DNA of 64,000 bases from Spirochaetota bacterium (lineage in GTDB: Bacteria > Spirochaetota > Spirochaetia > CADAEX01): positions 12,721-76,720 of the forward strand of contig WQTU01000138.1 of the NCBI GenBank assembly GCA_009786125.1. The letters run 5' to 3'. This document shows, piece after piece, positions 19,298-28,581 of the stretch. The stretch's first letter is position 1. Every line of letters starts with the position of its first letter. A model generated the notes under the pieces. That model was given only the letters and a program-made list of their open reading frames with translations, ran no database searches and had not been told where the DNA came from. Both the position numbers and the translations under genes were made by a program.

Positions 19298-19432
19298 TTC
19301 GAGGTCAAATATTAAATTCTTCAGGGCAGGGTGAAAGTCCCTACCGGTGGTAAAGCCCACGAGCCAAAAGGCAGATTCGGTGTGATTCCGAAGCCGACAG
19401 TCAGAGTCTGGATGAAAGAAGATTGACGCATT
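19298..19432 (+). ncRNA. FMN riboswitch (RFN element)
   Basis: TCTTCAGGGCAGGGTGAAAGTCCCTACCGGTGGTAAAGCCCACGAGC...GATTCGGTGTGATTCCGAAGCCGACAGTCAGAGTCTGGATGAAAGAAGA matches the RFN consensus; lies directly upstream of ribD. Confidence 0.9.
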
Positions 19433-19519
19433 TATAATATGCAGAAGCTCTGGGATATATCTATGTTCCGGAGCTTTTTTGTTGCCTGCTGCTGAAGAAC
19501 GTTGCGCGAAGGTGTATTG

Positions 19520-20866
19520 ATGAGTTTTGCAATGTATGAAAAATATATGCAAATTGCTTTGGAGCTTGCAGCTAAGGGCAAGGGAAGAGTTAATCCTAAC
19601 CCTATGGTTGGCGCTGTAATTGTAAAAGATGAAAGAATCATAGGGCAGGGGTTTCACGCAAAGTATGGCGGCGCTCATGCGGAGATAGAGGCATTAAGTG
19701 CTTGTTGCAGCAGCGATGCAGCTGGCGCAACATTGTACGTTACTCTTGAGCCGTGCTGTCATCATGGGAAAACTGCTCCGTGCACAGATGCTATAATCGC
19801 GAGTAAAATCTCAAAAGTTGTGATTGGGTGCATTGACCCTAATGCTCTTGTTAGCGGAAAAGGGATCGAGATTTTAAAGGCTCACGGAATTGAGGTTGAG
19901 ACAGGGATCCTTGAAAAAGAATGCAGGGATTTAAACGAAATATTTTTTTATTATACAAGAACAAAAAAACCATATGTGGTTATGAAATATGCAATGAGTG
20001 CTGATGGCAAAATTGCTACAAGCGGTGGGCAGTCGCAGTGGATAACAGGAGAATTGGCGCGCACTTCGACTCATAGGACGCGGGGTGAGTTGTCTGCAAT
20101 TATGGTTGGCACTGGAACTGTTCTTGCAGATGATCCTTTGCTTACGTGCAGGCTCTCGGATAGGGCGGCGGACAGGTTGCCGGGCGGGGCAGCGGAAATG
20201 GAGACAGGCAAGCGCAAGACAGAGGGTAGAAATCCTGTAAGGATTATTTGCGATACTTCTCTAAGAATACCGCTGGATTCAAGGATTGTCCAAACTGCAA
20301 GAACAGTTCCTACTATTGTGGCAACGGCACGGACGCCGTGCTCGGCGCAGCGACACGTGCAAAGCACGCGCAAAGCGAGTGCCGCTTGCGGGTACGGATG
20401 CCGCGAACGCGATAGCGGACAAGGGCAAGCGCCGGCTACAGCTTCACTTAATTGGGTTTCTGCTGCTTCTGGCGATGCTTCCGGGGCTTCGGGTGTTTGC
20501 AGGAATACAAAGAAAACGCAACTCGAAGCTTTGGGAATCCGGGTGCTCGAAACAAAAATAAGGGATTCGAAACTTGATCTGGAAGACTTAATGCAGCAGC
20601 TTGGAGAACTTGGAATCGACAGTATTCTTCTTGAAGGAGGCGGAACTTTAAACTACAGCGCGCTAGAGCAAGGGATTGTCCGCAAATTGCACATATATAT
20701 TGGAGCAAAAATATTTGGCGGCAAAGAGAGTCTTTCTCCTGTAGAAGGTCTGGGTATAAAAAATATCTCAGACGCTATCGCACTAAAGCTGACTAACGTT
20801 AGCGCAATAGGCGAAGATGTTCTGCTTGAATATGAAGTGGGGGAAACAGAGTGTTTACAGGAATAG
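19520..20866 (+). CDS. ribD: bifunctional riboflavin biosynthesis protein RibD (deaminase/reductase) carrying GC-rich in-frame insertions
   Basis: Deaminase motifs HAEIEAL and PCxHHGKTAPC; reductase C-terminus (LLEGGGTLNYS). ATG at 19520 with RBS aaggtg. The ORF is about 90 aa longer than usual because of the low-complexity segments at about 20150-20228 and 20326-20502. Confidence 0.9.
   Translation: MSFAMYEKYMQIALELAAKGKGRVNPNPMVGAVIVKDERIIGQGFHAKYGGAHAEIEALSACCSSDAAGATLYVTLEPCCHHGKTAPCTDAIIASKISKVVIGCIDPNALVSGKGIEILKAHGIEVETGILEKECRDLNEIFFYYTRTKKPYVVMKYAMSADGKIATSGGQSQWITGELARTSTHRTRGELSAIMVGTGTVLADDPLLTCRLSDRAADRLPGGAAEMETGKRKTEGRNPVRIICDTSLRIPLDSRIVQTARTVPTIVATARTPCSAQRHVQSTRKASAACGYGCRERDSGQGQAPATASLNWVSAASGDASGASGVCRNTKKTQLEALGIRVLETKIRDSKLDLEDLMQQLGELGIDSILLEGGGTLNYSALEQGIVRKLHIYIGAKIFGGKESLSPVEGLGIKNISDAIALKLTNVSAIGEDVLLEYEVGETECLQE
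20326..20502. repeat. GC-rich repeat-like in-frame insertion inside ribD
   Basis: Contains ggcacggacgccgtgc, gggtacggatgccgcg and gcggacaagggcaagcgccggc motifs related to the intergenic GC-rich repeats (for example gcggcatggacgccgc and cgcggacaagctgcctggcggtcgc); encodes ...TPCSAQRHVQSTRKASAACGYGCRERDSGQGQAPATASLNWVSAASGDASGASGVCRNTK... Confidence 0.55.
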
Positions 20867-20885
20867 CCGAAGCCAGGGAGGCGGA

Positions 20886-21557
20886 ATGTTCACAGGTATA
20901 GTCGAAGAAACAGGAAAAGTAAAATCGATTCAGCCCGGAGCGAAGTCAGTAAAGCTCACAATAGAAGCAAATATTGTGCTTGATGACTTAAAGATCGGCG
21001 ACAGTGTTTCTGTAAGCGGGGTTTGTCTTACTGCAGCAGCTATTTCTTCGGATAGCTTTGTTGCAGATGTTATGCCTCAGACATTGAGGTTTAGCGCTTT
21101 TGCAAATCTTAAACCAGGCGAGATTGTTAATCTCGAACGAGCCATGCGTGCGGACGGGCGATTCGGCGGGCACATGGTATCAGGCCATATTGATGGCACT
21201 GGCACTATTTCAGATATTAAACAGGAAGATAATGCAGTCTGGGTTAAAATCAATACAGCATCCGAAATTCTAAAATATATTGTAGACAAAGGGTCTGTTG
21301 CAATAGACGGCATAAGCCTTACAGTTGCAGAGCTGGGAGAGGATAGCTTTTCTGTATCGCTTATTCCGCATACCGTAAAAGTAACTTCTCTGCTTAAGAA
21401 AAACAGGGGCGATCTTGTTAATCTTGAATGCGACATGATCGGAAAATATGTTTACAAGTTTATAAATGCAGGCAACGGCGATCTTGCCGGAGGACTTGCT
21501 GCCGCAAAAAAACAGAGTAATGTAGATATTGATTTTTTAAAAAAACATGGTTTTTAA
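20886..21557 (+). CDS. ribE: riboflavin synthase (alpha subunit)
   Basis: MFTGIVEETGKV... with two lumazine-binding repeats (GDSVSVSGVCLT, GSVAIDGISLT). Confidence 0.9.
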   Translation: MFTGIVEETGKVKSIQPGAKSVKLTIEANIVLDDLKIGDSVSVSGVCLTAAAISSDSFVADVMPQTLRFSAFANLKPGEIVNLERAMRADGRFGGHMVSGHIDGTGTISDIKQEDNAVWVKINTASEILKYIVDKGSVAIDGISLTVAELGEDSFSVSLIPHTVKVTSLLKKNRGDLVNLECDMIGKYVYKFINAGNGDLAGGLAAAKKQSNVDIDFLKKHGF

Positions 21558-21581
21558 AAAAGTTTTTAAAGGAGAGGAGAA

Positions 21582-22193
21582 ATGTCATTTAGCACTATTG
21601 AGGAAGCAATAACGGATATAAAAGACGGCAAAATGATTATCGTTACAGATGACCCGGAGAGGGAAAACGAAGGAGACCTTATTTGCGCTGCAAAGTATGC
21701 GACGCCTCAGATTATTAATTTTATGGCAAGCAAAGGAAAGGGGCTTATCTGTATGCCAATGGCTGCAAAATGGATTAAGAAGCTCGATCTTCCCCAAATG
21801 GTAGAAAATAATACTGATCCACACGCAACAGCTTTTACTGTTACCATTGACCATGTTGATACAGGCACAGGAATCTCTGCTTTTGAGCGTTCCTTAACAG
21901 CGATAAAGTGCACAGAGCTTGACGCAAAGCCCGAGGATTTCCGAAGACCCGGCCATATGTTTCCGCTCGAGGCAAGGGATGGCGGCGTGCTTGTCAGGTG
22001 CGGGCACACAGAAGCGACTGTTGATTTTGTGCGGCTGGCCGGGCTTCCGGAAGTAGGGCTTTGCTGCGAAATTATGGACGATGACGGCACAATGATGCGG
22101 GGTTCCAAGCTTGCTGTTTTTGCAAAAGAGTACGGCATTAAGTTGGTAACGATTAAAGACCTTGTGGCTTACAGAAAGAAAAATAATGTATGA
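21582..22193 (+). CDS. ribB: 3,4-dihydroxy-2-butanone-4-phosphate synthase
   Basis: [37 protein letters not shown]... ; 203 aa. Confidence 0.9.
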   Translation: MSFSTIEEAITDIKDGKMIIVTDDPERENEGDLICAAKYATPQIINFMASKGKGLICMPMAAKWIKKLDLPQMVENNTDPHATAFTVTIDHVDTGTGISAFERSLTAIKCTELDAKPEDFRRPGHMFPLEARDGGVLVRCGHTEATVDFVRLAGLPEVGLCCEIMDDDGTMMRGSKLAVFAKEYGIKLVTIKDLVAYRKKNNV

Positions 22194-22257
22194 TTGTGAA
22201 AGTAATTATTAATCGACATAGCGCGATTGCGGGCAAAAACCAGGCAGAGGATGGAAA

Positions 22258-22863
22258 ATGTATATATGTGAACTGATGGAGCGTGTGACAAGTGCGAATC
22301 TTCCTACGCGATATGGTGATTTTACCATATATGGCTATGTAAACAAAAAAAGCAAGGAGCATCATATTGCGCTAACAGTTGGCGATGTAACTGGCGGTTT
22401 GCCGGTGCTGGTAAGAGTGCACTCAGAGTGTTTTACGGGCGATATTTTGGGTTCTGCCAAGTGCGATTGCGGGGATCAGTATGATAAAGCTATGCGTGCA
22501 ATTCAGAAAGAGGGGCGGGGTGTTCTGGTTTACTTGCGTCAGGAGGGCAGGGGCATTGGGCTTATCAATAAACTAAAAGCATATTCGTTACAGGACAAAG
22601 GAATGGATACAGTCGATGCTAATCTTGCGCTGGGGTTTTCTGCGGACAGCAGGGATTATACTGAGGGTGCAGAAATTCTGGTTGACCTGGGTGTTAAAAA
22701 GATCAGGCTGATGACAAACAACCCGCAGAAAATAGCAGGGCTCGAAAAGTTCGGGCTTGAGATTATAGAAAGAGTTATAATCGAAACAGAGCAGAAAGAG
22801 CATTGCAAAAACTATATGCAGACAAAAAAGAATAAGATGGGGCACATGCTTGCCCAATACTAA
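22258..22863 (+). CDS. ribA: GTP cyclohydrolase II
   Basis: [20 protein letters not shown] (zinc Cys triad) ... [16 protein letters not shown]; the start codon is uncertain (22258 or 22276). Confidence 0.88.
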   Translation: MYICELMERVTSANLPTRYGDFTIYGYVNKKSKEHHIALTVGDVTGGLPVLVRVHSECFTGDILGSAKCDCGDQYDKAMRAIQKEGRGVLVYLRQEGRGIGLINKLKAYSLQDKGMDTVDANLALGFSADSRDYTEGAEILVDLGVKKIRLMTNNPQKIAGLEKFGLEIIERVIIETEQKEHCKNYMQTKKNKMGHMLAQY

Positions 22864-22897
22864 GATACGAGAAATGTATAGAAAGGGAGTAGAAAAT

Positions 22898-23365
22898 ATG
22901 AAAGTATATGAAGGAAAGTTTTCCGGAAAAGGTGTTAGGGTAGGTATTGTCGCCGCAAGGTTTAACGAACTTATTGTGTCAAAACTCATAGAAGGAGCGC
23001 TTGATGCTCTCCGCCGCCATGATGCAAACGAAGATGATATTTCTATTGCATGGGTGCCCGGAGCATTTGAAATTCCAACAGTAGCTTCGAAGATGGTGAA
23101 ATCCGGAAAATATGATGTTGTAATTTGTCTTGGCGCTGTTATTCGCGGCTCTACTACTCATTATGATTATGTTTGCAGCGAAGTGTCAAAAGGCATTGCC
23201 AGTATTTCGCTTAACTCCGGGGTTCCTGTAATATTTGGAATTGTAACTACGGAAAATATTGAGCAGGCAATTGAGAGAGCAGGAACAAAATCCGGAAACA
23301 AAGGTTTTGATGCAGCGCTTTCTGCGCTGGAAATGGTTAGTCTCTTAAAATCTTTGGAAACATAG
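22898..23365 (+). CDS. ribH: 6,7-dimethyl-8-ribityllumazine synthase
   Basis: [34 protein letters not shown]...; RBS gggag; the ORF-track start at 22850 is probably too long. Confidence 0.9.
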   Translation: MKVYEGKFSGKGVRVGIVAARFNELIVSKLIEGALDALRRHDANEDDISIAWVPGAFEIPTVASKMVKSGKYDVVICLGAVIRGSTTHYDYVCSEVSKGIASISLNSGVPVIFGIVTTENIEQAIERAGTKSGNKGFDAALSALEMVSLLKSLET

Positions 23366-23526
23366 GTTTTCGGTTAGCAGCTTTTTGCATCTGACAAAAA
23401 AACATACCATCGGTCGGGAATTTCCCGCTGAGCTAGTAAAGACGAGCGAAGGTTCCCCTCCGGCAAATTGCCAAAAAGATGCAAAATACCGACTGTTGTC
23501 TATGATAAAAGTCAAGCAATTTTGTA

Positions 23527-23668
23527 CAGCAATTCGGAATTTGGATTTTTTCTCTCGAAATATTATCAAAATTGATGAAAAACAGGGGGTTGCTCATCTG
23601 AGCCTACGATTTTATGTGTATTTCGGGGTATTTCGAGCAAGCCTTTTCTAAATTCCGAATTGCTGCAG
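23527..23668. other. 17-bp perfect inverted repeat with about 100-nt spacer (gcagcaattcggaattt ... aaattccgaattgctgc) forming an extended stem-loop candidate
   Basis: Seen directly; contains nested smaller inverted repeats (ctcgaaata / tatttcgag); lies between the ribH end and the ffh promoter. Confidence 0.5.
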
Positions 23669-23683
23669 AATAAAGCGTCATAC

Positions 23684-23712
23684 TTGACAATTTTCCATTA
23701 AAAGAGTATAAA
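23684..23712 (+). promoter_or_regulatory. sigma70-like promoter TTGACA-17-TATAAA for ffh
   Basis: The -10 ends 11 nt before the ffh ATG (23724), implying a near-leaderless transcript with no SD. Confidence 0.5.
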
Positions 23713-23723
23713 TCTTTAAACTT

Positions 23724-25049
23724 ATGCTAGACGGAATATCTACTAAATTTTCTGACATTATCAGAACGATTTCAGGCAAAGCATCAATCTCGGAGAAAAA
23801 TGTTACAGAGGCTGTTGAGGAGATCAAGACAGCGCTGCTTGACGCGGATGTAAATCTGAGGGTTGTGAGGCGCTTTGTTAACTCAACTCTTGAGGAAGCG
23901 GTCGGAGAAAAGGTTCTAAGATCTGTTGCGCCGGGGCAGCAATTTATAAAAATTGTTTACGACAAAATGGTTAGCTTTCTTGGCGATGAAAAGCAGGATC
24001 TTGTGCTTAAAGGCCCGGATGCTACTTCTGTGATTCTTATGCTTGGCTTGCAGGGCTCGGGTAAGACGACCACGACTGCGAAGCTTGCGAATCGGCTTAA
24101 GAGGGATGGGCGCAAGGTGCTTCTGGTTGCAGCAGACTTGGTGCGGCCTGCAGCAGTGGAGCAGCTCTCTGTGCTTGGGAAGCAGATTGGAGTAGATGTC
24201 TATAAGGAGCAGACTACGCCTGAAAAGGTGGTAAAAAATGCTCTTTCTTTTGCGAGGCAGAATCTTTTTAATACTGTAATCGTGGATACGTCGGGGCGCC
24301 TTCATATCGATAGCGATATGATGAAGGAGCTTGAGAATATCAAGAAAATTGCCCAGCCGGATGAATCGCTGCTTGTTGCTGATGCTATGTCAGGTCAGCA
24401 GAGTGCGGATATTGCGAAAGAGTTTAATGAAAAAATCGAGATTAGCGGTGTAATTTTAAGTAAGTTTGACTCTGATACAAGGGGCGGGGCTGCGCTTTCG
24501 CTTAAAACTGTAACAGGCCGGCCTATAAAGTTTATTGGTGTTGGCGAGAAAATCGATGATTTAGATGTTTTTCATCCGGATAGAATTGCTTCGAGAATTC
24601 TTGGAATGGGCGATGTTGTTTCGCTTGTTGAAAAAGCTCAGGCGACGATGGATGCTGCTGAGGCTGAGAAGCTTCAGGAGAAGATGGAGAGCGCGAGCTT
24701 TACTCTTGAGGATTATCTTGAGCAGTTTGGAAGAATCAAGAAAATGGGGAGCCTTCAGTCTCTTGTTGATATGATTCCGGGTCTCAAGGGTAATATTGAT
24801 GAAAGCAAACTGGATGATAAAGAGTTTAAAAAAGAAGAGGCTATAATTCTTTCCATGACTAAAATGGAGCGAAAAAACTATAGAATCATTGGACCTTCGA
24901 GAAGAAAAAGGGTTGCTGCTGGCAGCGGCACTTCTGTTTCAGATGTAAATCGGTTTTTGAAAAAGTTTGAAAAAACGAAGCTTATGATGAAAAAAGTATC
25001 TAAAAATAAAAAATACCAAGCTGATTTATTGTCTCAATTTGGTAATTAG
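23724..25049 (+). CDS. ffh: signal recognition particle protein Ffh
   Basis: N-domain MLDGISTKFSDIIRTISGKASISEKNV..., GTPase motifs GLQGSGKTTT and DTSGR, Met-rich M-domain. Confidence 0.95.
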   Translation: MLDGISTKFSDIIRTISGKASISEKNVTEAVEEIKTALLDADVNLRVVRRFVNSTLEEAVGEKVLRSVAPGQQFIKIVYDKMVSFLGDEKQDLVLKGPDATSVILMLGLQGSGKTTTTAKLANRLKRDGRKVLLVAADLVRPAAVEQLSVLGKQIGVDVYKEQTTPEKVVKNALSFARQNLFNTVIVDTSGRLHIDSDMMKELENIKKIAQPDESLLVADAMSGQQSADIAKEFNEKIEISGVILSKFDSDTRGGAALSLKTVTGRPIKFIGVGEKIDDLDVFHPDRIASRILGMGDVVSLVEKAQATMDAAEAEKLQEKMESASFTLEDYLEQFGRIKKMGSLQSLVDMIPGLKGNIDESKLDDKEFKKEEAIILSMTKMERKNYRIIGPSRRKRVAAGSGTSVSDVNRFLKKFEKTKLMMKKVSKNKKYQADLLSQFGN

Positions 25050-25089
25050 TGTAATACTAGAAGGAATAGTTTAAGGAGGAGAAGTTCGA

Positions 25090-25341
25090 GTGAGTGTAAG
25101 AATCAGGCTGAAACGATTAGGCACAAAGAAAAGACCATACTACAGAGTTGTTGTAATGGACTCAAAAACGCCTAGAGATGGCAAGGCTATTGAAGAAGTA
25201 GGTCTTTACCACCCTATTGAAGCTGAAGAAAGACAGGTAAAACTGGATTCTGATAAAATTAGATACTGGCTTGATAAAGGTGCGCAGCCTAGCGATACAG
25301 TAAAAAAACTTTTGAATAAGAATAATATTTTTCTTAATTGA
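25090..25341 (+). CDS. rpsP: 30S ribosomal protein S16
   Basis: [32 protein letters not shown]...; RBS aaggagga. Confidence 0.92.
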   Translation: MSVRIRLKRLGTKKRPYYRVVVMDSKTPRDGKAIEEVGLYHPIEAEERQVKLDSDKIRYWLDKGAQPSDTVKKLLNKNNIFLN

Positions 25342-25355
25342 GACAGGGAGAAAAG

Positions 25356-25595
25356 ATGTCACTAGAAAAAGATCTTGTTGAGTATATTGCAAAATCTCTT
25401 GTAGATAACCCTGATGGGGTTAGTGTTAATTTGATTGAGGGTGAAAAATCTACAATATTGGAGCTTAAAGTTTCTCCGGATGATATTGGAAAAGTTATAG
25501 GAAAACATGGCAGGATAGCAAAAGCAATAAGAACTGTTTTAAGCGCTTCTGCAACAAAAACCGGCAAAAGGGTTGTTCTGGAAATATTAGACTAA
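25356..25595 (+). CDS. KH-domain RNA-binding protein (UPF0109 / YlqC-like)
   Basis: [18 protein letters not shown] is a KH motif; conserved position between rpsP and rimM. Confidence 0.7.
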   Translation: MSLEKDLVEYIAKSLVDNPDGVSVNLIEGEKSTILELKVSPDDIGKVIGKHGRIAKAIRTVLSASATKTGKRVVLEILD

Positions 25596-25619
25596 AAGGT
25601 GCTGGTTTCTAAAGACAGC

Positions 25620-26198
25620 ATGAAAAATAATAATTTAGTAATCGGAAAAATCAGAACATCTTTTGGCGTAAAAGGGTTTGTTAAGATAATGAATTTTTCC
25701 GGAGAGAAAGATCATTTTTTTGAATTAAAAGAAGTTGTTCTGCAGAATGGCAAGATCCGGGAAAAGAAAAAGATAGAAGAAGTTTTGCCGCATGGTAATA
25801 ATCTTGTTATAAGATTTGAGGGTATCCATACTCCTGAGGCAGCTAAAAAATACATTAATTGGGAAATGTGGGTATCGCGCGAGAATGCTTGCGCACTTGG
25901 CGAAGGGGAATACTATTTGGCTGATCTCTACGGCAGCGCTCTTGTAAGCACTCCGGAAAAAGGGTCAAAAGTATATGGAAGGGTAAAATCTGTTATTTGC
26001 GAGTGCGGGACAACGGATTTTCTTGAGGTTGAGAGTATTGGCAAAGATTTGGATGCTGGCGGCAGTGAAGATGAGAAGGATTTGACCGGCAAAGAAGGAA
26101 AAAAGGTTTTCCTTGTTCCTTTTACAAACAAATTTGTTGGCAAGGTTGATACTGAAAACAAGACCATAGAGTTGCTTGAAGAGTGGATTATTCCATGA
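25620..26198 (+). CDS. rimM: 16S rRNA processing protein RimM
   Basis: LVIGKIRTSFGVKGFVKI is the RimM N-terminal barrel, followed by a PRC barrel; within the conserved rpsP-rimM-trmD-rplS cluster. Confidence 0.85.
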   Translation: MKNNNLVIGKIRTSFGVKGFVKIMNFSGEKDHFFELKEVVLQNGKIREKKKIEEVLPHGNNLVIRFEGIHTPEAAKKYINWEMWVSRENACALGEGEYYLADLYGSALVSTPEKGSKVYGRVKSVICECGTTDFLEVESIGKDLDAGGSEDEKDLTGKEGKKVFLVPFTNKFVGKVDTENKTIELLEEWIIP

Positions 26199-26944
26199 AA
26201 ATCAATGTTCTTACGCTTTTTCCTGAAATAATTGATGTTTATTTTAATAACTCAATTATGTTAAAAGCTGTTGAGAAAGGGCTTGTTAAGTTTAATGTTG
26301 TAAATATCAGGGATTTTGCTGAAGATAAGCATAAAACCTGTGATGATTACCCCTATGGGGGCGGGGCAGGAATGATTTTAAAGCCAGAGCCGCTTTTTAA
26401 AGCTTTGGAGTCAGTTTCTGCGTCTTCTATAAGAACAATATATCCTTCTCCTTCAGGCAAGGTCTTTAACCAAGCTTATGCAAGGAATCTTTCGCAAGAG
26501 GAAGAACTTATTTTTATCTGCGGAAGGTATGAGGGTATTGACCAGAGGGTTATTGACAGATATGTTAATGATGAAATATGTGTAGGCGATTATGTTCTCT
26601 CGTCCGGAGAAATTGCTGCACTTGTTATTATTGACTCTGTTTACAGATTGCTGTATGGGGTAATAAATAGCTCTTCTCTTGAAGAAGAGAGCTTTGAAAG
26701 GGGGATACTTGAGTATCCTCAATATACGCGGCCAGCAGAAATTGATGGCGCAAAGGTACCGGATGTATTGCTTTCGGGACATGCGTTGAATATAAAAAAC
26801 TGGAGACTTGAAAAGAGTCTTGAGAAAACAGAAAAATTTAGGCCGGATCTTCTAAGCCGCAATCTGTTCGCCAGGGGCGACTGCGGATTCGAAAAGCACG
26901 GCTGTTTAGGGAAAGTTGGAGGTGAGAAAAATGGACTTGATTAA
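26195..26944 (+). CDS. trmD: tRNA (guanine37-N1)-methyltransferase
   Basis: [13 protein letters not shown]...; SPOUT knot motifs; overlaps the rimM stop (ATGA). Confidence 0.9.
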   Translation: MKINVLTLFPEIIDVYFNNSIMLKAVEKGLVKFNVVNIRDFAEDKHKTCDDYPYGGGAGMILKPEPLFKALESVSASSIRTIYPSPSGKVFNQAYARNLSQEEELIFICGRYEGIDQRVIDRYVNDEICVGDYVLSSGEIAALVIIDSVYRLLYGVINSSSLEEESFERGILEYPQYTRPAEIDGAKVPDVLLSGHALNIKNWRLEKSLEKTEKFRPDLLSRNLFARGDCGFEKHGCLGKVGGEKNGLD

Positions 26945-27299
26945 ATCAATTGAGACAAAACAGATGAAGGAAAATGCTGAAAATTTTCGCATTGGCGATA
27001 CTATAAAGGTTTATTTTAAAATTATTGAAGGTGCAACAGAGAGGGTTCAGATTTTTGAAGGCGCTTGTATTGCTAAAAACAACGGCGGGGTAAGAAAGAC
27101 TTTTACTGTAAGAAAATTATCTTATGGTGTTGGTGTTGAAAGAATTTTTCCTCTTCATTCGCCGCGTATTCAAAAAGTAGAAATTGTAAGGGCAGGAAAA
27201 ATCAGAAGGGCAAAACTCTATTACCTTAGAGACAGAGTGGGCAAAGCTGCAAAAATTAAAGAACTTATCAGAAAAAAAGCTGACAAGGTGAATGCTTAA
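26931..27299 (+). CDS. rplS: 50S ribosomal protein L19
   Basis: MDLIKSIE...[16 protein letters not shown]...[18 protein letters not shown]. Confidence 0.9.
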   Translation: MDLIKSIETKQMKENAENFRIGDTIKVYFKIIEGATERVQIFEGACIAKNNGGVRKTFTVRKLSYGVGVERIFPLHSPRIQKVEIVRAGKIRRAKLYYLRDRVGKAAKIKELIRKKADKVNA

Positions 27300-27328
27300 G
27301 CTTAGGCGAAGCCTACGCCGAAGATTAA

Positions 27329-28324
27329 GTGCAGATTAACCTTAACTCTGACAACATAAAGCCTGGAACTGTTCGATACAGCGGGGTTATAACAATACTT
27401 GAAAGTGTTTCAGATAAGCATGTTAGAGTTAGACTCTTGCAAAATGGTCTAGCTGGATTGCGGGAGTTTACTGTTTTAAGCAAAAATAATTTTTCCCCCG
27501 GAGATATTATAAAAGGCAATATTATCTCAAGGGGAAATAACTTATATCTTTCTGTTTTACCAAAGCAGGCGAATCTCTCGGGAAATAGCTCTCTTCTTCC
27601 TGCTTCTTCTGCTGAAAATAATCATTTTATAGAAAAAACCGACATTTTATCCAGATTTTTAGCCTCATTTTTGGATTCTGCAGGAAAACCAACAGATAAC
27701 GCCCTGTTATCTATTCTGGAATCCCTTATTTATAGAAAAAGAATTAGAGATATTTTTAGTGCTGCACTTGCCGGGGAAGCCTATTTAAAAGGCTTTAAGA
27801 ACGAATCTGCGGTTTCTGCTTTTTTGGATGCAGTTTCGCCGGATCATGAGAAGAATCAGGGTGGCCAAGAGCATGGCAAAAAAAGCAGCAAAAAAGAGGA
27901 TATAAAAGACACGCTTTCTCAAGCCGTAGCAGACTCAGAAGAAGATAACAGCGCCTTGTTTGTTTTTAACCATTTACCCCTTCCCGACAGAAATTGGGCA
28001 ATTATTCCTTTTCAGATGGATGATATAAAAGGAGATTTAAGGCTTAAAGTTATCGAAAATGAACTTAAGAATCTCATCGTCCATGTGGAAAAAGCTGCTT
28101 TTAAATGGTTTTTTGAGATATTAGCCTTAAAAGAATCTGAAAAAATAGTTAAAATTTATGCAAACAGAGAAGGAAGCGCGGCGTGTGAAGGTAAAAAGTT
28201 TGATTTATTTAAGAAAAAACTTCACAACCTTGGTGTAATAATTGACGATAATATCTATGATATTCATTTATTTAATGGATTCTCAAAGATTGACGCTTTT
28301 TATGATGTAGATTTTAGAATATAG
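27329..28324 (+). CDS. hypothetical protein (GTG start)
   Basis: 331-aa ORF conserved-looking, co-oriented with the following FlhB-C-like gene; no motif recognised. Confidence 0.4.
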   Translation: MQINLNSDNIKPGTVRYSGVITILESVSDKHVRVRLLQNGLAGLREFTVLSKNNFSPGDIIKGNIISRGNNLYLSVLPKQANLSGNSSLLPASSAENNHFIEKTDILSRFLASFLDSAGKPTDNALLSILESLIYRKRIRDIFSAALAGEAYLKGFKNESAVSAFLDAVSPDHEKNQGGQEHGKKSSKKEDIKDTLSQAVADSEEDNSALFVFNHLPLPDRNWAIIPFQMDDIKGDLRLKVIENELKNLIVHVEKAAFKWFFEILALKESEKIVKIYANREGSAACEGKKFDLFKKKLHNLGVIIDDNIYDIHLFNGFSKIDAFYDVDFRI

Positions 28325-28327
28325 CGT

Positions 28328-28573
28328 ATGAAGATTAAAAAAGCTGTTGCATTGCAGTATAATGAAAGCTTAATCGCGCCTGTTATTACAGCAAAGGGCA
28401 GCGGATCTAGCGCGGAGAAAATAGTTGAAATAGCTGCTAAAAATGGAATAGTTATTGTAAAGAACGAGGCGCTATCTGATTCTTTATGTACATTTAATGC
28501 AGGAGATTTTATTACTGAAGAGTATTATGAAATTGTAGCAGAAATACTTGCTTTTGTACTCAAAGTTCGGTAA
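28328..28573 (+). CDS. FlhB C-terminal domain-like protein (EscU/YscU/FlhB family, YlqH-like)
   Basis: 81 aa; ...AVALQYN...APVITAKGSGSSAEKIVEIAAKNGIVIVKNEALSDSL resembles the FlhB C-terminal autocleavage domain. Confidence 0.6.
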   Translation: MKIKKAVALQYNESLIAPVITAKGSGSSAEKIVEIAAKNGIVIVKNEALSDSLCTFNAGDFITEEYYEIVAEILAFVLKVR

Positions 28574-28581
28574 GGGCGGAT

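Noticed and set aside
19205-19678. 157-aa minus-strand ORF
   Set aside because: Antisense to the FMN riboswitch and the ribD 5' end; a structured RNA region explains the sequence.
23385-23651. 88-aa plus-strand ORF between ribH and ffh
   Set aside because: Spans the long inverted repeat, has no RBS and shows poor codon character; more likely non-coding structure.
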